Sequence record: DRR378314_1709
Reading direction: 5' to 3' (one strand)
Length of the DNA: 63,461 bases
Made by a program: the position numbers and the translations under genes. A model generated the notes under the pieces. It did no database searches and was not told the origin of the DNA. It was given only the letters and a program-made list of their open reading frames with translations. Shown in pieces: positions 41,546-51,019 of this stretch (position 1 is its first letter; each line of letters starts with the position of its first letter).

Positions 41546-41962
41546 ATGAGTGAATTCATTAACATTCTTCGTCACGAACGCCGTTTAAAAGCAGCATTAA
41601 AAGAACTGGATTTAAACGAGCTGGAAAGTGTTAAATCTAAATTTGATTCGGTAATTTCTCAGCGTCGCGAAGAGGAAGCTGAAAAGCAACGCCAGAACGA
41701 AGCAAAGCAGAAAAAAATTGAAGAATTTAAAAGCGCGATGGCCGATGCAGGCATTGAATTGTCCGACATATTAGAGCAAGAGCTGGGTGGCGAACCTATC
41801 GTTAAAACCACTCGTAAAAAACGGGCACCTAAGCCTCCTAAATACGAATACACCGACGAAAACGGCGAAAAACAAACCTGGACTGGTCAGGGTCGCATGC
41901 CTAAAGCCATGAAAACAGCGGTCGATAATGGCAAATCATTAGAAGCATTTCTAATTAAGTAG
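41546..41962 (+). CDS. hns: H-NS family nucleoid-associated protein
   Basis: Coiled N-terminus and KY.Y.DENGE..TWTGQGR.P DNA-binding motif. Preceded by a ~300-bp AT-rich region. Confidence 0.92.
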   Translation: MSEFINILRHERRLKAALKELDLNELESVKSKFDSVISQRREEEAEKQRQNEAKQKKIEEFKSAMADAGIELSDILEQELGGEPIVKTTRKKRAPKPPKYEYTDENGEKQTWTGQGRMPKAMKTAVDNGKSLEAFLIK

Positions 41963-41973
41963 CGTTAGTCAAA

Positions 41974-42016
41974 CGTAATCTCTACCAATAATAAAGAGTA
42001 GAGATTACGCTTTTTG
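41974..42016 (+). terminator. Intrinsic terminator after hns
   Basis: 12-bp stem CGTAATCTCTAC/GTAGAGATTACG followed by CTTTTT. Confidence 0.75.
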
Positions 42017-42075
42017 TTGAACAATAGGCTCAGCTTGATTAGGCTATAGAAAATTCAAACTGGCAAGGATCGACA

Positions 42076-42444
42076 TTGCGCTATCGTTTCATAGCATTCG
42101 TATTAACGCCATTATTCGGCCTTTCTGCCTGTAGCATCTTACCTCAGATGTCAGGAGGCTTTAATCAGATCGACTCAGGTGATGTTGAAGTTTATCGCGG
42201 TGACAACAAGCCCTCACGTGCATACGAGTTGATAAGTATTGTAAATGGTGAAAGCTGCCAGCGAAAATTTAGAGGCGCAGAAGCGTCGGCGAACGATGCC
42301 GTTCAAGCCCTGCGGGAAGACGCTGCCCGATTTAAAGCTCATGCCATTATCGGCGCTCAATGCTTTTCTTTTAAACCCGAAGCCGACTCCATCTGTTACA
42401 GTGAAGTCAGCTGCGTGGGCCGCGCTATTCAATGGCGTGATTAA
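42076..42444 (+). CDS. rcsF: RcsF-like outer membrane lipoprotein
   Basis: Lipobox LSAC, GESCQ and four cysteines ending CY...C.GRA. Upstream of tsaA-proS as in E. coli. Confidence 0.8.
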   Translation: MRYRFIAFVLTPLFGLSACSILPQMSGGFNQIDSGDVEVYRGDNKPSRAYELISIVNGESCQRKFRGAEASANDAVQALREDAARFKAHAIIGAQCFSFKPEADSICYSEVSCVGRAIQWRD

Positions 42445-43115
42445 TAACCTTGTTTCAAAGTAACGTCGCCAACGCCAACTTCAACCTTAACTCTGACAGA
42501 GCCGTTACCCTGATAACTCGACTCAGATGTCACAATCATTCTGTCTTCCTGAGTGTTGCCGAAGTTCTTTAAACTGGTATCGCCAACTCCTACCGATGCT
42601 TCTACTTGCTTGTAGTCGCCCTTGGCCAGATTCAAAGAGACATCACCAACACCTAAATCAACTTTTAAGTCGTTGAATGGTACGTCACCTTCAATCTGAC
42701 CAACACCCAGGTCTATCTCAAGCAATCGGCTGCGCGGCACGGACACTATCCAATGTTGTGACATATCGTCATCGGGTGTTGCCGAAATTTCCAGGCGATT
42801 CCCGTCTCGTTCACCTTTTATAATCACTTTATCAAGCTCACCGCCACTGACGAACCAGCCGTCATCATCCGACTCTACACGAAGCTCAATTCCGACCGTA
42901 TCGCCTTCTGTTACACTTAACTCAACCGTTCCCACCGTTGCGTCTAAATGAATTTCTGTATCACTGCTAACAATATAACTACTGGTTAACGTGCGTTCAC
43001 TTTCGGCAGAAAACGCGGCTGTACTTACTGTAACTAAACCAATAAAACCTAAAGTTAAAGGCCAAATTTTGTGTTTCATCATTTTTCTTTTCCTATTGTT
43101 ATTAAAACGATTCAT
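42441..43115 (-). CDS. Secreted beta-strand repeat protein (DUF4097/Toastrack-like)
   Basis: Signal peptide ending AAFS-A and five repeats of h-x-h-x-x-x-V-G-x-h-x-h (LDATVGTVEL, IDLGVGQIEG, VDLGVGDVSL, ASVGVGDTSL, VEVGVGDVTL). The start may be 43082 or 43079. Confidence 0.7.
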   Translation of the reverse strand: MNRFNNNRKRKMMKHKIWPLTLGFIGLVTVSTAAFSAESERTLTSSYIVSSDTEIHLDATVGTVELSVTEGDTVGIELRVESDDDGWFVSGGELDKVIIKGERDGNRLEISATPDDDMSQHWIVSVPRSRLLEIDLGVGQIEGDVPFNDLKVDLGVGDVSLNLAKGDYKQVEASVGVGDTSLKNFGNTQEDRMIVTSESSYQGNGSVRVKVEVGVGDVTLKQGY

Positions 43116-43156
43116 GCTAATCCCTAAAGCACTAAAAGTTGCTTATGACTAGCTTT

Positions 43157-43173
43157 TGCAACGCCTGTGCCAA
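43157..43173 (-). promoter_or_regulatory. Sigma54 -24/-12 promoter
   Basis: Minus strand TTGGCACAGGCGTTGCA is an exact TGGCAC-N5-TTGCW match, about 40-75 nt upstream of the beta-repeat gene start. Confidence 0.85.
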
Positions 43174-43190
43174 AAATAAAAGTCACATAA

Positions 43191-43203
43191 AATCAGTGAG
43201 TTA
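43191..43203 (+). promoter_or_regulatory. IHF-binding site candidate
   Basis: AATCAGTGAGTTA fits WATCAR-N4-TTR. It is preceded by an A-tract and lies between the sigma54 site and the upstream boxes. Confidence 0.6.
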
Positions 43204-43223
43204 ATCCATCTTTGATTTTCGAG

Positions 43224-43284
43224 GTTAGTGAATTAACAAACTATGTGGTCAAATTGGCTACCACAATTCTGGATATTCACTAAC
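43224..43284. promoter_or_regulatory. Enhancer (UAS) array, PspF-like boxes
   Basis: Three roughly phased boxes: TTAGTGAATTAACAA, GTGGTCAAATTGGCTA and TCTGGATATTCACTAA. The outer two form a 10-bp inverted repeat GTTAGTGAAT/ATTCACTAAC. Confidence 0.5.
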
Positions 43285-43293
43285 GGAGGCAGA

Positions 43294-44001
43294 ATGAAAA
43301 GCCAGCAACAACTAACACCCATAGCTATCATTCGTACGCCTTTTCCTGAAAAGTTTAGTGTTCCCCGGCAACCCGGCCTGGCTCCCTCTGCATTGGCTCA
43401 GGTTGAGCTCGTTGGGAATTACCAGCATGCACAAGCCATAGAGGGTATAGAACAGTTCTCTCACCTTTGGCTAACCTTCGAGTTTCATCAGCACAGTTCG
43501 TGGCAGGAGCGCGTTCGCCCGCCCCGGCTTGGCGGTAATGAACAGCTAGGCGTCTTTGCCACCCGCTCCCCGTTCCGGCCGAATCAATTAGGCTTATCTG
43601 TGGTTGAGTTAGTTGCAGTAGAGACCGAGCCTAAGGTGGTGTTGACGGTTCGCGGAGCTGACTTGGTGGATAACACCCCTATTGTCGATATAAAACCTTA
43701 TATTCCCTACGTCGACGCCATTAGTGACGCTCGTGCGGGATTTGCTCAGCACAAACCGGAAGAAAGCTTAGAGGTGATTTTTTTGGAAGCGGCGGAGTCG
43801 ACTCTTATCAGGGAGTCAGAGCGCGCTCCTGAGCTTAAAACACTGATTACCGAGGTGCTCAGCCAGGACCCCAGACCCGCTTATCACAAGTTACAGGAAA
43901 ACCAGAGAAATTACGGCACAGCGCTTTTGAACTACAATATTCGCTGGTATGTACAACAAAACACCGTTTTTGTTGAAGAAATCTCACTAAAACAGCTGTA
44001 A
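43294..44001 (+). CDS. tsaA: tRNA t6A37 N6-methyltransferase TrmO
   Basis: EKFSVPRQPGL, VRPPRLGGN..GVFATRSPFRPN, DIKPY and QDPRPAY motifs. Start at ATG 43294 after GGAGG. Confidence 0.94.
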   Translation: MKSQQQLTPIAIIRTPFPEKFSVPRQPGLAPSALAQVELVGNYQHAQAIEGIEQFSHLWLTFEFHQHSSWQERVRPPRLGGNEQLGVFATRSPFRPNQLGLSVVELVAVETEPKVVLTVRGADLVDNTPIVDIKPYIPYVDAISDARAGFAQHKPEESLEVIFLEAAESTLIRESERAPELKTLITEVLSQDPRPAYHKLQENQRNYGTALLNYNIRWYVQQNTVFVEEISLKQL

Positions 44002-44079
44002 AAGGCTTTTGGGCGGCGTCAGACACTGCTAAACTTCGCTCTAATTTTTGACCACTATAACTTGCAGAGATGCCGGACT

Positions 44080-45783
44080 ATGCGCAGCAGCAAATATTTA
44101 TTATCAACGCTTAAAGAGACACCTTCTGATGCTGAGATCGTGAGTCATCAGCTGATGTTGCGGGCAGGTATGATCCGTAAAGTCGCCGCTGGGTTGTATA
44201 CCTGGACGCCAACCGGTTTGCGTGTACTGCGCAAAGTTGAAAACGTTGTGCGCGAGGAAATGGAAGCCATTAACGCATTGGAAATTTTAATGCCAATGGT
44301 ACAACCCGCCGATCTTTGGCAGGAGTCAGGACGCTGGGATGACTACGGACCGGAATTACTGCGTATAAAAGACCGCAACCAACGTGACTTTTTACTGGGG
44401 CCAACCCACGAAGAAATTATCAGTCAACTGGTACGTAAGGAAGTTAGCAGCTACAAACAACTGCCATTGACCTTGTTCCAAATCCAGACCAAATTCCGTG
44501 ATGAAATACGCCCTCGTTTTGGCGTGATGCGTGCGCGCGAATTTCTGATGAAGGACGCCTACTCTTTCCATTTGACCGACGAATCGCTGCAAAAAACATA
44601 CGACGATATGTACAAGGCCTACTGCCGTATTTTCGAGCGTCTTGGTTTAGATTATCGTCCGGTTATAGCCGATACAGGCTCTATTGGCGGAAGCCACTCG
44701 CATGAGTTTCATGTGCTGGCAAGCTCCGGTGAGGACGCCATCGCGTTTTCTGACTCTTCAGATTACGCCGCGAACGTGGAAATGGCAGAAGCACTGGCTC
44801 CTGCTGGTGAGCGCCCTGCTCCTAATCAAAAAGTAGAAAAGCATGAAGTACAAGGCGACGAACTCGCTGCTGTACTACAGCCTTTGTCTGTAGAAAGCCA
44901 GCAAGCAACCAAGTCTTTTATTGTTAAAGCAGCGGACGACATTGATTCTGAATACGTTCAGCTAGTTCTTCGCGCTGACCATGAACTGAACACAGTAAAA
45001 GCTGAGAAACTGGCTCAGGTTGCGGCTCCGCTGGAAATACTGACTGAAACAGAGAAAGCCACCGGCGTAGAAGCACCTTACATTGGTGTCGTGAACGCGA
45101 AATTGCCTCTGTTAGTTGACAGCAGTGCGGCTCACCTTGCCGATTTTGCCTGTGGTGCAAATGAGAACGGCCAGTGGTTAACCGGTGTTAATTGGAAGCG
45201 TGACACAGGTGATTTCAGCGTTGTCGATATTCGTAACGTTGTTGCCGGTGACCCGAGTCCTTGTGGTCAGGGCAAAGTCAAAATTGCTCGCGGTATTGAA
45301 GTCGGCCATATCTTCCAGCTGGGCAAAAAATACAGCGACGCTATGAAAGTTGGTGTGTTGTCTGAAAGCGGTAAACACGAAACTTTAACCATGGGCTGCT
45401 ATGGAATAGGTGTTTCGCGCATAGTCGCTGCCGCCATAGAGCAAAATAACGACGAGCGCGGTATTTGCTGGCCGGAAGCTTTAGCGCCTTTCCAGGTTGT
45501 TATAGTGCCAATGAATATGCACAAGTCGGCACGGGTACAGGAAGCCGCTGAGAAGCTTTATACCGACTTAAAGGCTCAAGGTATTGATGTGCTGTTTGAT
45601 GACCGTAAGGAACGCCCTGGGGTGATGTTTACCGACATGGAGCTCATAGGTATTCCTCATCAGGTTGTGGTTGGTGAGCGTAACCTTGATGAAAACCAGG
45701 TTGAGTACCAAAGTCGTAAAGGCGGAGAGAAGCAGAAAATCAATTTAGATGACTGCATTAGCTTCATACAGCAACAACTCTAA
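44080..45783 (+). CDS. proS: Proline--tRNA ligase
   Basis: [52 protein letters not shown] and [10 protein letters not shown] motifs. Confidence 0.98.
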   Translation: MRSSKYLLSTLKETPSDAEIVSHQLMLRAGMIRKVAAGLYTWTPTGLRVLRKVENVVREEMEAINALEILMPMVQPADLWQESGRWDDYGPELLRIKDRNQRDFLLGPTHEEIISQLVRKEVSSYKQLPLTLFQIQTKFRDEIRPRFGVMRAREFLMKDAYSFHLTDESLQKTYDDMYKAYCRIFERLGLDYRPVIADTGSIGGSHSHEFHVLASSGEDAIAFSDSSDYAANVEMAEALAPAGERPAPNQKVEKHEVQGDELAAVLQPLSVESQQATKSFIVKAADDIDSEYVQLVLRADHELNTVKAEKLAQVAAPLEILTETEKATGVEAPYIGVVNAKLPLLVDSSAAHLADFACGANENGQWLTGVNWKRDTGDFSVVDIRNVVAGDPSPCGQGKVKIARGIEVGHIFQLGKKYSDAMKVGVLSESGKHETLTMGCYGIGVSRIVAAAIEQNNDERGICWPEALAPFQVVIVPMNMHKSARVQEAAEKLYTDLKAQGIDVLFDDRKERPGVMFTDMELIGIPHQVVVGERNLDENQVEYQSRKGGEKQKINLDDCISFIQQQL

Positions 45784-45797
45784 CTGACGTTATTAAT

Positions 45798-45838
45798 AAA
45801 AATGGCCTGATAGTTTTCGCTATCAGGCCATTTTTTTT
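45798..45838. terminator. Bidirectional intrinsic terminator between proS and gpt
   Basis: AAAAATGGCCTGATAG-TTTTCG-CTATCAGGCCATTTTTTTT. Confidence 0.9.
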
Positions 45839-45863
45839 GCCTTAATTTTTTAACGAGAGAGTC

Positions 45864-46349
45864 TTAAGACTCCTGACCCGCTAAAGGCTCAATGTAGTGT
45901 AAGTGCATATCCCACGGAAAGTGGATCCAGGTGTCCTGGGCTAAGTCAGCAACAAAATCGTCGACCATTTCCATACCACTGGGTTTTGCGTAAACCGTCA
46001 CAAACTTAGCTTTCGGTAAGCGTTCCCGCAAAAACTTAAGCGTATTGCCGGTATCCACTAAGTCATCAACGACCAGAAAACCTTCGCCGTCTTCGGTTGC
46101 CGTTACGTCTTTCATTACCTGCAAGTCGTCACGCTGTTCGGTGTGATCATATGAGCTAACAGCAACACAGTCGACAACACGAATATTAAGCTCGCGCGAC
46201 ACAATTGCCGCCGGAACCAAACCACCACGGCTAACCGCAATAATACCTTTATATTGCTCCGCCGGTAATTGCCGACGCGCTAGTTCACGCGTTGCGCGGT
46301 GCAACTCTTCCCATGATACAAAAAACTCGCGGTTTGAATGCCATCCCAT
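45864..46349 (-). CDS. gpt: Xanthine-guanine phosphoribosyltransferase
   Basis: IAVSRGGLVPA, PRPP motif VVDDLVDTG.T and QDTWI.FPWD. Confidence 0.93.
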   Translation of the reverse strand: MGWHSNREFFVSWEELHRATRELARRQLPAEQYKGIIAVSRGGLVPAAIVSRELNIRVVDCVAVSSYDHTEQRDDLQVMKDVTATEDGEGFLVVDDLVDTGNTLKFLRERLPKAKFVTVYAKPSGMEMVDDFVADLAQDTWIHFPWDMHLHYIEPLAGQES

Positions 46350-46356
46350 AATTTCG

Positions 46357-47649
46357 TTACCCTAACCAAATAAATTTAGCGACAAAAAGTGCGCCCAAGA
46401 AAACGACGCTTGGTGTTAAATCCTGATAGCGTCCGCCCAGTAATTTCACCACAACGTAACTAATAAACCCTAGTGCAATGCCGTCGGCTATCGAGAATGT
46501 CAGTGGCGTCATCAGTAAAACCACTGTTACCGGCGCGGCCTCAGTAATGTCGTCCCATTCTACGTCTTTCAGCGTAAACAGCATTAGCACCGCAACGTAA
46601 ATAATTGCACCTGCGGTTGCGTAAGCAGGGATCATACCAGCCAACGGCGCAAAGAACATGGCCAATAAAAATAAAATACCAACAACCACCGCGGCAAGCC
46701 CGGTTTTACCACCTGATGCCACACCAGCAGCTGACTCAATATAGCTGGTGGTGGTTGAGGTACCCAGCATGGAACCAGCAACGGTTGCAGTGCTGTCTGC
46801 CATTAATGCTTTATTCAAGCGCGGCATTTCCCCATTGGCTTTTGCCAACCCGGCTTTCTGCGCCACTGCCAGTAAAGTGCCGGACGTATCAAACAGATCT
46901 ACAAACAAGAAAGCAAAAATAACCGACAACATGCCAATATCAAAAGCCGCTGCTAAATCCATTTGCATAAAGGTTGGCAGCAAGCTCGGTGGTGCAGACA
47001 CAATACCATTATATTCAACCAGCCCGGTTGCCCAGGCAATAACGGTTACCAGCAAAATACTGATTAAAGCCGCGCCCTGCACTTGTCGCGCAACTAACCC
47101 AATAATAAGAAAGAAGCCCGCGGCTGCAAGCAATACTGAAGGCTCAGACAAAGAGCCTAAAGTCACCATGGTGTCGTCATTGGCAACAATAATATTGGCG
47201 TTCTGCAAACCAATTAGCGCCAGAAAAGCCCCAATACCCGCAGCAATAGCCAAACGCAATGTGGTTGGAATGGACCTTATTATCCATTCACGAACACGCA
47301 AAGCCGACAGCAAGAAAAATAAACAACCGGAAAAAAACACCGCTCCAAGAGCCGTCTGCCAAGTGTAACCCATGCTAAAAACAACGGTGTAGGTGAAAAA
47401 AGCATTTAGCCCCATGCCCGGCGCCAGAGCTACCGGATAATTTGCCCACAGCCCCATGACCAGACAGCCAATAGCCGCAGCCAAACAGGTAGCGACAAAT
47501 ACGGCGCCGTAATCCATACCGGTTTCACTTAAAATGGACGGGTTAACAAAGATAATGTAAGCCATAGTCAGAAAGGTTGTGAGCCCGCCAATAACCTCAG
47601 ACTTAACCGAACTACCACTAGCTTTAATTGAAAACAGCTTTTCCAGCAT
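46357..47649 (-). CDS. NCS2/AzgA-family purine permease
   Basis: TTFLTMAYIIFVNP, APGMGLNAFF, FDTSGTL, TSYIESAAGV..GG.TGL and PLTFSIA.GI motifs. Start at ATG 47649. Confidence 0.92.
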   Translation of the reverse strand: MLEKLFSIKASGSSVKSEVIGGLTTFLTMAYIIFVNPSILSETGMDYGAVFVATCLAAAIGCLVMGLWANYPVALAPGMGLNAFFTYTVVFSMGYTWQTALGAVFFSGCLFFLLSALRVREWIIRSIPTTLRLAIAAGIGAFLALIGLQNANIIVANDDTMVTLGSLSEPSVLLAAAGFFLIIGLVARQVQGAALISILLVTVIAWATGLVEYNGIVSAPPSLLPTFMQMDLAAAFDIGMLSVIFAFLFVDLFDTSGTLLAVAQKAGLAKANGEMPRLNKALMADSTATVAGSMLGTSTTTSYIESAAGVASGGKTGLAAVVVGILFLLAMFFAPLAGMIPAYATAGAIIYVAVLMLFTLKDVEWDDITEAAPVTVVLLMTPLTFSIADGIALGFISYVVVKLLGGRYQDLTPSVVFLGALFVAKFIWLG

Positions 47650-47757
47650 GAGCAACCTTGAAAGTTTAGCGTTGTGGTTAAAGGACAGGTATTTTATCCT
47701 AACCGCCACAGAATTTGTTGCTCACTTTTTATTTTTTAACAGGACACAGAATTTATC

Positions 47758-48078
47758 ATGCCAACCGTTTACTTTGTTGATGCCGATGGTAACCAATTTG
47801 AAGCTACTGTCGATGCAGGAACCAACGTTATGGAAGCCGCTGTCGAAAACTTTATTGACGGCATTATTGGCGAATGTGGCGGCGTTATGTCGTGCGCAAC
47901 TTGCCATTGTTACATACCGCCAGAATGGCAAAGAAAAATTCCTGCCCCATCGGAGCAGGAAGAAGACATGATAGATATGGTTTTAGAGCCGCAGGACAAT
48001 AGCCGCTTAAGCTGTCAGATAGAAATAACGGACGAATTAGACGGCTTAGTTGTGCACATGCCGAAAACTCAGTTCTAA
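47758..48078 (+). CDS. 2Fe-2S ferredoxin (adrenodoxin/putidaredoxin type)
   Basis: CGGVMSCATCH...SRLSCQ cysteine motif. Confidence 0.93.
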   Translation: MPTVYFVDADGNQFEATVDAGTNVMEAAVENFIDGIIGECGGVMSCATCHCYIPPEWQRKIPAPSEQEEDMIDMVLEPQDNSRLSCQIEITDELDGLVVHMPKTQF

Positions 48079-48090
48079 ATAAGCCTGAAA

Positions 48091-49233
48091 TTAATTTACG
48101 GCTGCCACCGGCATAAGAACTTCGTCGTGGTAGCCGGTAATAACCCGAATAGTGCCTGAGAGTTCACGGTCTAGTTCCGAATCGCCGGTATCGACGCGTA
48201 GTGGTTTGCTATTCAGTGCCTGCAACTTAGTTTTAGTGGCAACCACCCAAATGTTCTCTTTACCAATATGCCGAATAACCCGTGGACTTAATTGCTGATT
48301 TCCACGACCAAATAAATGCCCCTGCCCGCCAATTAAGGTTATAACCAATTTAATGCTTCCAGTTTCGCGCTGAGCCACTTCTTCGTATAAACGGTTTTCG
48401 GTTACGTCGCTGGCTAACAGGTTATTCTGTTGGACTAAGTCGACACCGAGCAAAGTATTCTCGTGCCCCATGGACTGCATAATAGCTTCTACTGTAGAGC
48501 CAGACCCCATGACTAAAAGCTCGTCGTCAATGCGCTCTGTTACTTCAGCCGCAATATCATCCAGTACCATCTCGTCGCTTTCTTTACCGCCCATTTTTAC
48601 CGCCTGAACATATTCAAGTTCGGCCGGTACCGACATTTCACCAAAACGTCGGGCTTTTACGGTACCTTTTCTAAAGGCTTCTTCGTCAATATCCATTACA
48701 TCGGCATTATGAATACTGGATAACTCGCCCTGCAGGATCTTTTCAATAACCCGCCCGGCACCAGTTGGACTAATAGCGTAAACGCCTGAATGAATTTTAA
48801 CGCCGGCCGGTATACCCAGAACTAACTGTTGTTCGGGAACCACCTGATAAATATCCCGCGCAGTGCCGTCTCCGCCGGCGAATAAAAGAATATCGATGTT
48901 ATGAGTCACAATTTCAGACACCGCTTTTTTTGTGTCTTCTGGTGAGGATGGCGTTTCAGCAGCCTTATAGACCGAGTCAAACGAAAAACCCAGAGCTTCC
49001 AGGCTATCCGCGCCCATTTCATTGGCGGCAGTAACAAAATGAAGTTGCTGTTTGTATGGTTGCAAAAGTTCTAATGCGGTTTCAGCTCTTCTAGCGGCCT
49101 TTTTCTCAGCCCCAGCCGCTAATGCTTTTTCTCTAATATCGACGCCATCGCTTCCCTTTAAAGCTAAGGCGCCACCAATACCCGCATACGGGTTAATAAT
49201 AAAACCAACGGTTAATCTACTACTTGTTTCCAT
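48091..49233 (-). CDS. ATP-NAD kinase family protein
   Basis: INPYAGIGG..ALKGSDG, FAGGDGTARD, GIPAGVKIHSGVYA and GQGHLFGRGNQQ motifs. Confidence 0.85.
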   Translation of the reverse strand: METSSRLTVGFIINPYAGIGGALALKGSDGVDIREKALAAGAEKKAARRAETALELLQPYKQQLHFVTAANEMGADSLEALGFSFDSVYKAAETPSSPEDTKKAVSEIVTHNIDILLFAGGDGTARDIYQVVPEQQLVLGIPAGVKIHSGVYAISPTGAGRVIEKILQGELSSIHNADVMDIDEEAFRKGTVKARRFGEMSVPAELEYVQAVKMGGKESDEMVLDDIAAEVTERIDDELLVMGSGSTVEAIMQSMGHENTLLGVDLVQQNNLLASDVTENRLYEEVAQRETGSIKLVITLIGGQGHLFGRGNQQLSPRVIRHIGKENIWVVATKTKLQALNSKPLRVDTGDSELDRELSGTIRVITGYHDEVLMPVAAVN

Positions 49234-49235
49234 TA

Positions 49236-49364
49236 CTACTCGTCATCAGCCTCATCTTCTATCGCTTCACCGGCATTTTGTAAGTCGCGGCCAGCGCCTT
49301 CTATTGTTTCACAAGCGCTTAACCCTAGTATTGCAACGGTTACTAACAATGCTCTTAAAAACAT
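49236..49364 (-). CDS. Entericidin EcnA/B family small lipoprotein (42 aa)
   Basis: Too short for the ORF track. Manual translation gives MFLRALLVTVAILGLSACETIEGAGRDLQNAGEAIEDEADDE. It has lipobox LSAC, the C.T..G.G.D....G.AI motif and an AAGGAG RBS. Confidence 0.88.
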   Translation of the reverse strand: MFLRALLVTVAILGLSACETIEGAGRDLQNAGEAIEDEADDE

Positions 49365-49384
49365 AGATAACTCCTTATTCATGA

Positions 49385-49924
49385 CTAAAAATTAACGGAC
49401 TGACCGTTTGGCCAGCTACAATTAAAGTCGTGACAGAGTGCTTTTGCAAACTTTGCAGCGCGTGGCGGTATGGTATTTTCTTCCAGTAAACGGTTTAACT
49501 GTGCAGCCACTTTTTCTGTGAACGCCTGCCTGTCTACTTCAACGCCATTCAAATTATCCACACTTACCTGAAACGGAAAACCACAACATAAAGAAAACAG
49601 CCACTCCAGCGCTTGTGGCTTTTGCTCAACCTGCTCAAAGGATTTCTGCTGGGCTTCGTTGCGCCCGTCCGGTTCGTACCAGTAACCATAATCAAACTGC
49701 TTTCTGCGCGCTTCGCCCGCTATACACCAATGAGCGGTCTCGTGCAGCGCTGAGGCAAAAAAACCATGAGCAAACACTACTTTATGCGGTTCACCCGCTT
49801 TTGTTGCTGGTTGATAATACGGTTCATCGTCACCGGCAAACAGTATGGTGTTGTAATCTTCGCTGAAACAGCGCTTAAAAATCTCAATTAAGCGCTCATA
49901 ATGGTGTTCTGACGTCTGACTCAT
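49385..49924 (-). CDS. epmC: Elongation factor P hydroxylase
   Basis: DEPYYQPA, FAHGFFASALHE.AHWCIAG, DYGYWY.PDGR and KPQALEW motifs. Confidence 0.93.
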   Translation of the reverse strand: MSQTSEHHYERLIEIFKRCFSEDYNTILFAGDDEPYYQPATKAGEPHKVVFAHGFFASALHETAHWCIAGEARRKQFDYGYWYEPDGRNEAQQKSFEQVEQKPQALEWLFSLCCGFPFQVSVDNLNGVEVDRQAFTEKVAAQLNRLLEENTIPPRAAKFAKALCHDFNCSWPNGQSVNF

Positions 49925-49930
49925 ATTCGC

Positions 49931-51019
49931 TTAGCGACTAATATCCGGCGTTTCAGTTTGCGCTGTTAAATTATGCGCCCGCTGGCGTAACCAATGGTCG
50001 GCTAAAACCAGGCTGGTCATAGCTTCAACAATAGGTACCGCACGTATACCGACACAGGGGTCGTGACGGCCTTTCGTTACTATGGCCTGTTCGTTACCCC
50101 AACGGTCAATTGTACGCCCGCTAATGGCAATACTTGAGGTTGGTTTCAGTGCGATATCAGCAAAAATTGGCTGCCCACTGCTAATACCGCCTAAGACACC
50201 GCCCGCGTGGTTCGATAAGAAACCATCCGGCGTCATTTCATCACGGTGTTCGCTGCCACGCTGGCTTACCACCTCGAAACCATCGCCAACACTCACCGCC
50301 TTTACCGCATTAATGCTCATCAGTGCTTTGGCTAAATCAGCATCCAGCCTGTCAAAAACCGGTTCGCCCCAACCCGGCGGCACACCAGTAGCCTGCACCC
50401 GAATTTTTGCACCAATTGAGTCGCCTTCTTTTTTCAGCTGACGAATAAGCTCCTGCATAGCTTCAACCGCATTGGCGTCTCCGCAAAACAGTTCATTTTC
50501 GCGTACCTGCTGCCAGTCAATATTACTAGCAACAACATCGCCCATTTGCGTTAATGCCGCCTGAACCTGTATGCCCTGCTGCCGTAGTAATTTATCGGCT
50601 ATAGCACCAGCCGCCACCCGCATTGCGGTTTCACGCGCTGAAGAACGACCGCCACCGCGATAATCCCGCACACCGTACTTATGTTGGTAGGTGTAATCGG
50701 CATGGCCGGGGCGGAAGGTATCTTTTATGTCAGAGTAATCCTGGCTGCGCTGGTCGGTGTTTTCAATCAGCAAACCAATGGAGGTGCCGGTTGTCACGCC
50801 TTCAAATACCCCGGAGAGGATCTTAACCTGATCGGCCTCACGACGTGCTGTGGTATAGCGGTTTTGTCCTGGCTTACGGCGGTCTAAGGCGTCTTGTAAA
50901 TCGGCTTCGGTTAGCTCTAATCCCGCCGGACAACCGTCAACAACGGCACCGAGCGAAGGTCCGTGGCTTTCACCAAAGGTGGTAATTTTGAATAACTGAC
51001 CAAAACTGTTTCCTGGCAT
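49931..51019 (-). CDS. aroC: Chorismate synthase
   Basis: [25 protein letters not shown] and [13 protein letters not shown] motifs. Confidence 0.98.
   Translation of the reverse strand: MPGNSFGQLFKITTFGESHGPSLGAVVDGCPAGLELTEADLQDALDRRKPGQNRYTTARREADQVKILSGVFEGVTTGTSIGLLIENTDQRSQDYSDIKDTFRPGHADYTYQHKYGVRDYRGGGRSSARETAMRVAAGAIADKLLRQQGIQVQAALTQMGDVVASNIDWQQVRENELFCGDANAVEAMQELIRQLKKEGDSIGAKIRVQATGVPPGWGEPVFDRLDADLAKALMSINAVKAVSVGDGFEVVSQRGSEHRDEMTPDGFLSNHAGGVLGGISSGQPIFADIALKPTSSIAISGRTIDRWGNEQAIVTKGRHDPCVGIRAVPIVEAMTSLVLADHWLRQRAHNLTAQTETPDISR

Noticed and set aside
46605..47971. Long plus-strand ORFs (105, 206 and 130 aa) opposite the NCS2 permease
   Set aside because: Antisense or out-of-frame shadows of well-supported genes, with no recognisable motifs.
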